In this document: positions 56,335-64,000 of the stretch, in pieces | How the letters are laid out: each line of letters begins with the position of its first letter | Position numbering within the stretch: position 1 is the first letter of the stretch | DNA from: Blastocladiella emersonii ATCC 22665 | Lineage: Eukaryota > Fungi > Blastocladiomycota | Assembly (NCBI GenBank): GCA_025594325.1 | Contig: JANHCV010000010.1 | Location: 496,001-560,000 of the forward strand | Length of the DNA stretch: 64,000 nt | Reading direction: 5' to 3' | Notes under the pieces: model-generated | Databases searched by the model: none | What the model was told of the DNA's origin: nothing | Seen by the model: only the letters and a program-made list of their open reading frames with translations | Program-made: the position numbers and the translations under genes

Positions 56335-58728
56335 CTACTCTCCCGCTCTGCCCGTACTCGCCTTGCGAGCGCCCGGGCCGGACCGGCGCCGGCGGCCCTG
56401 TCCCCTTGACGCAGGTGGCGCGCTCTCGCCACCGCCAGTACTGCCTCGGCGCTCGCCACCGCCGGTGCTGCCGCGGCGCTCGCCACCGCCGCCCACCGGC
56501 GCCGCCGAGGGCTTCTTGCCCCCGCGCATCCCACCGCCCGCCGTCCCGCCGCCGCCGCGCTTCGCCTGTCCCTGCTGCTTCCGCTTCGCGTCGCCGGGTC
56601 CCGCGAGGACGGACCGCGGGATCGGGAGGTCCGCGGCGCCGCATGTGCGGACGCCGGCGGCCTGGGCCTTGAGCCGCAAGTTGAGGTCCTCGGTGACGAG
56701 CACGACAACCGCCGCGTTCCCCTGCAGCGCGATACACGTATCCAGCACGACGTTATCCAGCGACCCACGCCCACGATAATCCTCGGTATGGTCGAGCGAC
56801 GCGAGCCGGTTGCCGCGGGACGTGTAGACGGTGACGCGAGCGGTTTTTGGGGCACTCGGTGTCGCGACGGCGGTCTGGAGCGCAGCGACGGCGCGGGTCG
56901 CGTGCGAGGCGACGGCGGACGAGGCCGACCGCGACAGGCCCTGCAGCTCGTGGTGCACGACGAGCGGGACGGCGAGCGGGACGTGCCGCTGGTGCAGCAG
57001 CGCCAGGTGGTCGAGCAGCGTGTTGGTGTCGAAGACGTAGGTCGTCGGCGGGGATTCGGGTTGCGGCGGGGAGTGGGAGCCGATCGCTGAGTCGGAGAGC
57101 GAGGCCGTCGAGGTCGTCGCGGAAATGACAAGCGCGCGCGGGGATGGGGCCGCCGCTGCAGGTGCGGGCGCCGAGGGTGCAGGGAACGCGAACCGGCCCA
57201 CCTCGGCGTCAAACGGGACGAGGTCCGCGTGGCGCATCCACTCGACGATCTCGGCGGCCGAGACCGCGGTGACCGGGTACGGGAACAGGTCGGGGCACAG
57301 GCCCGCGAGCCACGTATTCGCATCAGCGACGTCCCCTTCATCGTCGGCCTCGTGCGGCGTGGGTGACCGCGCGAGGACGTTGAGCGCGTCAGCGAGCGGC
57401 GCCGAGGCGGCCGGGTCGAGCTCGGGTTGGGCGACGAGGCCGCGGCACACGAGCGCGGCGAGGAGGAGGTAGCCGGCGGGTTTCCGTTTCACGAGGTGCA
57501 GGAGCAGCGAGGCCGCGCAGTGCACGGCGAACGGAGCCGCGTTGGTCCCGCGCGTCCTGTACGCGAGGCACGTCGCGGCGAGCGCGAGCATGGCGCGGTG
57601 GTCGGGCGACATGCCGTCGAAGGACGCGGTGACGGCGGGGAACAGGTCCTTGACGCGCTCGAGGCTGTGCTGGTGTCAGCGCCTGGGGGAGAAAGGGGGA
57701 TGTGCGAAAGCGTACCTGGTGCGGGTGTAGAGTCGACACACCCACTCGAGAAACGCCGAGACGCGGCCGGCGTGGACGGCGCGGAACATGGCGTGCAGCG
57801 GGTCCGAGTCGACGGCGGGCTCGACGGCGCACTCGGCGCGGAGGTAGTAGTAGACGGCCTCGACCTCGCGGACCGACGGCGGAGGCAGGGAGAGCTCGGG
57901 CGGACCGGTCACGCTCGTTCTCCTCCGCCCCTTGTGCGCACCCTGATGGGCTGGCGGCATAGGCAACGGCGGACACGCGGGCGTCGAAGGTCGGCACGCC
58001 TGCGTGAGCTTGCCGAGGGTGCGGTACACCTTCCCGTTCCCGGGAAACGCGATGCGCGCGGCGTCGAGCAGGGCGCGTGCGTGGCGCAGGTACGCGGCGG
58101 CCGAGTCGCGGCGCAGCGTGGCGAGGGTGCGGGCCATTTCGGCGGGGACAAGGAGCGCCGCGAGGTGCAGTGCGGGCGGGAACGCGGCGCGCACGCGGAC
58201 CGCGGGGCGGCCGGCGGGGTAGCCCGAGAGCGGCGGGAGCGACCAGGCGGGTTCATCGCTCTCGTCGTTTTTGGGGGAACCGGCCGCGTCGATGAACAGC
58301 GCGTCGGTCGCGAGGACCCAGTCGGCGTACCACCGCTCGAGGACGCGCACGGCGAGCGGCTCGGCGAGGCGCGGGATCGCGGCGGCGCCAATGACGGGCG
58401 GCGGCGGGCGCAGGTGGTGCTGCGCAAACTCGCGGAAGACGGTGACGAGCATGCGGTCGAGGGCGCGGCGGCGCGTGCACCACTCGACGTCCAGGGCGAG
58501 AGCAGAGCGGTAGTGCACCATGGCGCGGTCCCACGGCGCCGTCACGGCGGCGGGCGCGGCGCCTGCCGCCGAGTCGTCGGCGAGGTAGTCGTCGTCGTCA
58601 TCGGACGAGGAGGAGGAGGAGTCGGGTTGGGCGGGAGTGAAGGGGCAGCCGCTCGCACACCACACCTCAAAGGCCTGGATGCCGGCGATCGCTTCGCGGA
58701 GGGCTCGCGCGGTGGATGCGGAGCTCAT
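56335..58728 (-). CDS. SMG6/EST1-like protein: EST1 TPR-like domain + C-terminal PIN nuclease
   Basis: FPGNGKVYRTLGKL...EAVYYYLRA (EST1-like), intron ~57715-57665, then YVFDTNTLL...VVHHELQGL...DNVVLD...LVTEDLNLRLKA (PIN). Confidence 0.8.
56427..56495. repeat. 21-nt coding tandem repeat (GGGERRGST-type unit) in the SMG6-like tail
   Basis: cgccaccgccagtactgcctcggcgctcgccaccgccggtgctgccgcggcgctcgccaccgcc; encodes GGGGERRGSTGGGERRGSTGGGES. Confidence 0.75.
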
Positions 58729-59189
58729 GAACTGGCGGGAGCGGCGGGGCGGCGCGCTCCGGTGTGGGTGCGTGGATGGTCGTGCTGCAGATGGTTGGAT
58801 GGCGGCGGGGGCCGCTGGGCAGATGCATGAGAGGGACTGCGGTTGCGGGACAAGAGGTCGCTCGCGGAGGTCGGCCGCCTTTGAAGTTCGAACGGCGACA
58901 TCAGCTGACGCGCGTCACCGTCGACGCACTCGACCGCCGGCCAGTGAGCCCGCGGTGCGTCACGCCGTCGAGAGCGACTCGGTGCAACGTGCTTTTGAGG
59001 GCGAGCACGGAAGGGCCTTGGAGGGCTGTGGCGTAGTCGTCGACGAGAAAGCGGAAGACGAAGGGAGGGAACGGGAGCGCTGTGGCGCGGGCGCGGGCGC
59101 CCTGCTCGAACGGCCGAACGCCCAGGTCACCGCTTTCGGTCCGCGGACCCCTCTCGCTCTCCCCAACCATCGCGGGAAACCACACTACC

Positions 59190-60236
59190 ATGAAGCACAC
59201 CCTCGCGTCCCTGACCGCGGCTACGGGACGCCACCACGGCACCCGCGCCGCCGCCGCCGCCCCGCGCGTCGCGCACGTCGTCGTGCTGCCCGTCGCCAAG
59301 GACAAGTGGGTGTTTGCGTCGCCGCCGCTCGCCAAGCGGGTCCCCGCGCACGTTCTGCACCACCAGCAGCACCTCGCCGAGAAGGCAGCTGCCGCCGAGT
59401 CGTCCGCGACCGCCCTACCGCCCCCACCTGCGCCGCCCGGCATCACCCAGCGCGAGTGGTGGACGCAGCGGCTGACGCACGACTGGCCGGCGCGCGTGAG
59501 CGCAGAGTGGGACGAGCTGGCGCACCCGGACGCCGCTGGGTGGAAGCGGTCCGTGCACCGCCGCGGGTCGCAGCTGCTCGAGCGGCTCGAGTGGGAGGAG
59601 CTCGTTGCCAAGCGCTGGGACGCGCCGACCCACGTCCACCTCTACCACCCGGCCTCGGTCGAGCCCGCGACCGCGGAGCGCCAGCTCGCGACGTTTGTCC
59701 GGCACCGCCTTGCGTGGCACCTCCGGTACCGCAAGTACTCGGCTGCGCTGTTGCCTGCGACGGCGCTGCTCGGGATTCTGCCCGGGCCGAACTTGCCGCT
59801 CGTGTACAACGGTACTTGCGCGCTCCTCTTCCTCGCACGCACGACCCATGCTAACTCGTTTTCCGCAGGCTTCCGCGCCTACTCGCACCACATGGCGACG
59901 ACCAACCTGCAGACCATGCTCGCCATCCTCAAGGACCGCGGCGCCGCGGCTACCGACGTTGCGGACCTCGACCCGACGCTCCCGCTGCTCCGCGCCCGCG
60001 CTCTCCCTTTTCCCTCCGCGGCCGCCGCCGAGGCGGTCCCTGAAACCGACGCCGACCTCGCCGCCCTCCTCGAGTCGGCGCTCGCCTCGGTCCCGACCCC
60101 CGACGGCGGCGACCCCACGACCCTCGCGCGCGACGTGCTGCACGCCGTCGACCAGATTGCGCGCCGACAGAGCAAGGCTGCCACGCGCGCGGCAACGACG
60201 GCCGCTCCGGTGGTCAAGCCGTGTGAGCGGGAATGA
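59190..60236 (+). CDS. Mitochondrial K+/H+ exchange-related protein (Mit_KHE1/YDL183C-like)
   Basis: W..L...D..GWK..VH..G..LLERL.WEE, VHLYHP, R..WH...ALLP.T....ILPGPNLPLVYN / FRAYSH; intron ~59812-59866. Confidence 0.7.
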   Translation: MKHTLASLTAATGRHHGTRAAAAAPRVAHVVVLPVAKDKWVFASPPLAKRVPAHVLHHQQHLAEKAAAAESSATALPPPPAPPGITQREWWTQRLTHDWPARVSAEWDELAHPDAAGWKRSVHRRGSQLLERLEWEELVAKRWDAPTHVHLYHPASVEPATAERQLATFVRHRLAWHLRYRKYSAALLPATALLGILPGPNLPLVYNGTCALLFLARTTHANSFSAGFRAYSHHMATTNLQTMLAILKDRGAAATDVADLDPTLPLLRARALPFPSAAAAEAVPETDADLAALLESALASVPTPDGGDPTTLARDVLHAVDQIARRQSKAATRAATTAAPVVKPCERE

Positions 60237-60344
60237 GGTTTGGGATGTGACAACGAGAAAGAAATGTACAGTTACTAGATTGGGATCTGCGCATGGATGC
60301 GAGACAACGACGGCGGGATCAAAAAGAACCACGGCCGCGAGGCG

Positions 60345-60368
60345 CGAGAGAGAGAGAGAGAGACGGGT
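60345..60368. repeat. (GA)n microsatellite
   Basis: gagagagagagagagagac run in the intergenic region. Confidence 0.8.
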
Positions 60369-60569
60369 CGCCATCAGGGGTCGCATCAGGAGTGCGGCGC
60401 GTCTTTCTTTTGCACCGACTCCGTCTCCGTGTGCGCGCGCGTTACATCCACTTTTCCCCTTGCTTGGAACAATACGCCGCTGGATCCGACTCATTAATCG
60501 GCCCGACCGCATCTCCTCCTCTCCTCCCACCAACCCACTCATAGATAGACTCGAACGTGATCAACAATA

Positions 60570-62412
60570 ATGTCCACGCCCAACCCGCGCCCGCTGCTCG
60601 GCAGCCCGGGCACGCCGAGCGAGCGCCGCCACTCGGCGCCCGCGACGCACGTCGTGCTGACGCCGGCGACCCCGTCCATGCTCCTGACGCCGCACCTCGA
60701 CACCGCGTCGGCCGTCAGCAGCAACACGCTCGCGGGCGTCGCCGCGCGGTCCAACAACCCGGCCATCGCCGCCCTGCGCCGACTCTCGGTCGGCGACACG
60801 CCGACGTTCGCGTACCCGATCACGGCTGTCGCGTCGCGCGGTCTGCCCCGCACGACGACGGCGGAAGGTGAGAGCGGTGGCCGCGTCCGCTGGCTCTACA
60901 CGCGCGTCCCCGCGCACCCGGGCGACCTGCGCGTGGTCCGGTGGCGGCTCAAGGGCGCCGAGCTCGCGTGCCTCGACTCGGACGACGATATCGTTGTCGC
61001 CTTCCACCTCTCGGAGCTCGTCTGGGCCAAGGACGGCGTGTTCGGGATCGAGTTTGGCGTCGACCACCGCGTCTACTGCCCGTGCGACGAGATTGACGCG
61101 GATGAGATGGAGTGGGATAACTCGGCCACCCCGCGCGTCCCCGCCTCGGTCACGTCCACCTCGTCGAGCCTCGACCATGTCGTCGACCACCGCGTGTACC
61201 CGACCATCGAGCGCGGCAACGGCGCCGGCGGCGGCGACGCGGGCGAGCAGGACGAGGAGGAGGACGCGGATGAGCGCGCCGACGCCGTGGCCTCGCTCGT
61301 CGACCTCGTGGCGCGCGCGCAGTCCGCATCGTCGGCGGCCACCGCCGCCGCGGCCGTCGCGCCCTGGGACGTGCTCATCGACCACCCGCTCCTCGCTGGC
61401 GAGCACCGCATGGGCGAGGCCGCCGGGTACGTCGAGGGGTTCCGCGTCTACTCCGAGGACGCGATGGAGATGACGCGCTGGTGGGAGTACGTGTTGCTGG
61501 GCTTTCAAGTCGTGCGATCCACCGCTAACCTTTTCGGTGTGTAGTGCCCTGTCGGCCTTCCGCACCGCTCACCCGCTCGTCCCGCTCAACCCATCCCCGA
61601 CCACCGCCTCGACCGTGGGCCTCGCGGGCGCCGAGTTCGCCGCGCTCGCGTCGGCCACCACGCTCGCCATGGCCCTCGCCTCCTCCACCCCCACCTCGGA
61701 AAGCGTCACCTTGTCGACCGCCGCCGTCAACGGCGACCACGCGACGATCCCGCTCCCGCTCGCGCCCTGCCCGACGGCCGACACCGATGCGGCCTCATCC
61801 CATATCCCGCTCGCGTCCGCCGCGGGCCTCGCGGCCAGCACGAGCGAGACCGCGTCCAAGTTCGCCGCCCTCGAGGCCGCCACGCACCCGCTCGGCGGGC
61901 CCGCGCCGACGCGCCGCACGTCCGCTGTCTCTCCCCCGTCGCACGCGGGTAGTGGGGTGACGGTCGCGAGTAACGTCGACCTCCTCGACGTCCGCGACTC
62001 GATCGAACTCACGCGCGAGCGGCGCGGGAGCGACGGCGTGGTGCAGTCGCCGACCGGGTCGAGTACCGCGAGCTCGGTCGGGGACGTCGCGAGCCCGCCG
62101 ACGGTCAAGATCCACGAGCCGGCCAAGGAAGTTGAGGAGGAGGAGGAAGGGCTCGACTCGACGCTCAACGCGGACGAGCTCACGGCCGCCGTCGCCGCGG
62201 TCAAGCTGCAGGCTGTGGCACAGGAGGAGAAGCCCGCCGCGGTTGAGGAGGAGCCCGAGGAGGTGGATGTGCTTGGCGACACGCTCGAGGCGTCGGCCAC
62301 GGCGCAGCTGCGCATGCGGATCAAGACCGTGGTCAGCGGCGGCGACGCGAACGCGGACGGCGCGACGACAAACGTGGCGGCGGATGTGGCGCCGTGGTCG
62401 GCGGTTGTGTAG
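60570..62412 (+). CDS. Hypothetical protein (possible PH-like region, acidic disordered C-terminus)
   Basis: ORFs 60570 and 61537 joined by a GTACGT...GCTAAC...TAG intron near 61488-61544; core-like codon bias; no family recognised with confidence. Confidence 0.6.
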
Positions 62413-62693
62413 GGTGGATGGAAGAAGGTGTGATTGGTTGATAGACGCTCAGCGGAGCATACATTTACGTGATTACAGAAAACTGGTCGATGCTCATTCG
62501 AGTCGCGACGCTCAATTTGGCGGTAAGGGGATCAACGGCGACGCGAGCAGGGACAGCCCTGTGACTATGACTTCGGCGGCGGCGGACGTGGCACCGTGGA
62601 CGGCCGTCGTGTAAGATTGTGGATTGGTGACGGCGAGGAGATCTGGTAGAATGTGTATATAGAGAACGTCCGTGGGGCTTCAGTAATGCTTGT

Positions 62694-63161
62694 TCAATCG
62701 GCACGCTGCACGATGAGGCGCGAGAGCGTTGGCGGCTTCAGGTTATGCAACTCAGAGCGGCCGCTCGCCGGCATGTCAATAATTCCAACAAAGAGCTCGT
62801 CCAGGGACGGCGGAGCGCGCGAAATCAAGTCACGTACGCCAATGATACTCGCCTCGTTTAGCGGGACTTGGAGATTTACCAAAGTCGATCGCGGCGGATA
62901 CCTGGAAAGAGCGACGAGCCCTTGATCGCCAAGCTCATTACCAGTCAAGTCGAGCGTTGCGAGATTGGGCGGAAGGTAACGGCCCAGGACATCCATGCAC
63001 TCGGGATCAAGCTGGCAGCCGTCGAGGCGAAGCGTCGCGAGCCCGCGCGGAAGGTGCGGAGCAAGCGTGATGAGACCCTCGGAACCGATCATGGTTCGGT
63101 CAAGGAGCAGGGTTTTGAGCGACTTGGGCAAGTGGGCTGCAAGATGACCGACCGCGTCTAA
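62694..63161 (-). pseudogene. 3' half of an LRR-family gene cut by a Harbinger insertion
   Basis: LDAVGHLAAHLPKSLKTLLLDRT...LPRGLATLRLDGC...LPPNLATLDLTGNEL; the reading frame begins exactly at the TTA/TAA next to the TIR. Confidence 0.8.
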
Positions 63162-64000
63162 GGGCCCGTTTGGTTCAGATCAGGTGGATCAGCTGAAAAA
63201 GTTGCCACGTTTCACCTCACCCCCGTTCATCTCAGCGGCCGTGCGAACCAAACGCCCCGCTGGATGAACGCCCCCCCCCCCCCCCCCCGCAATAAAATCT
63301 TTCCCACCTCTTTGCAGCCGCGCTTATTGCAACGAATCAACACCTAACCTCACGCATCGTGTTCTCGAGCCCTCAGACAACATGGGCAAGGGATACAACC
63401 GCAAGCTGCGCGGCCTAATGCTCACAGCCGCCCTCGCTCTCCTGCGACGTCTCGCTGCTCGCAACGAGCGCCGCTCGTGGGAGCCTATCCGCACGTCCAC
63501 GCTTCCGGCGAGTCGTGGGTTCAAGAGCTGCTGACGTGCAACAGCGAAACGCGTTTTTCGGAAATCGCCCGTATGCCCCGCAAGACCTTCAAGGCCATCT
63601 GCCGCCTGTTCCGCGACCGTGGCCTTCTCGCCGACGGCCGCGAGCTGTCCGTCGAGGCGCGCTTCATGGTTTTTCTTGTCATGGCCGGCGAGGGCAGCAC
63701 CAACCGCAACCTCAGGGAGCGGTTCCAAATCTCTGGCGAGACCGCGTCCAGGGTTCTGAAGCAAGTGCTCGACGCTCTGTACCGCCTGATGCCCGAGTTC
63801 ATTGTCCAGCCGTCCGATTCTACGCCCGTGCATGAGCGCATCGCCCACGACCCGAAATACGCTCCGTTCCAGAACGCGGTCGGCGCGCTTGACGGAACGC
63901 ACATCCCGTTTGTTGTGCCCACTAAGCTTCACGACTCGTTCCGAAACCGCAAGGGGACCATCTCCTCAAATGTCCTCGCTGCCTGCGACTTTGACTTGAA
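63162..64000 (+). mobile_element. PIF/Harbinger transposon, left end (runs off the window)
   Basis: TAA followed by GGGCCCGTTTGGTTC (PIF/Tourist-type TIR). Transposase from ATG 63382 with a 1-nt frameshift near 63503, then GESWVQELL...LSVEAR...RERFQISGET.SR...GALDGTHIP...FRNRKG..S.NVLAACDFDL. Confidence 0.9.

Noticed and set aside
63162-63258. Stand-alone 97-bp MITE formed by the TIR and its internal inverted copy
   Set aside because: Right flank is not TAA/TTA, and a Harbinger transposase follows, so it is better read as subterminal structure of a longer element.
1-64000. CRISPR arrays, tRNA, rRNA
   Set aside because: Eukaryotic DNA; no regularly spaced repeats, cloverleaf or rRNA motifs seen. 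GGTTCRA hits near 23813 and 32154 lack tRNA context.

Overview
Eukaryotic, GC-rich, intron-containing genomic DNA from a zoosporic fungus (Blastocladiomycota). The protein at 6155-8107 matches, as far as I can recall it, the Blastocladiella emersonii rhodopsin-guanylyl cyclase BeGC1/CyclOp. The window alternates between two kinds of sequence. Core-gene blocks with strong G/C-ending codon bias carry GDI1, ERV14, WBP1, a Sfr1/Mei5-like gene, BeGC1, CFAP299, UFD1, ERG28, SEC53, DSK2, HTS1, TRR1, mitochondrial uL14, an SMG6/EST1-like gene and a KHE1-like gene. Less biased accessory islands carry expanded F-box-like/ankyrin-like/LRR families, their pseudogenes and DNA transposons: a MULE-like element with TIRs and a 9-bp TSD carrying an RNase H fragment, a MITE, a full-length hAT with an 8-bp TSD, and a PIF/Harbinger inserted in an LRR gene. 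Highlights: (1) the light-gated cyclase, head-to-head with a flagellar gene; (2) an apparent spliced fusion of a nucleotide-sugar transporter to a GT34 glycosyltransferase; (3) a modular F-box-like + ankyrin/LRR family sharing a 5' leader motif. Gene models were read by eye (GT/GC-AG sites, CTRAC-like branch points) without expression data. No tRNA, rRNA or CRISPR array was recognised.
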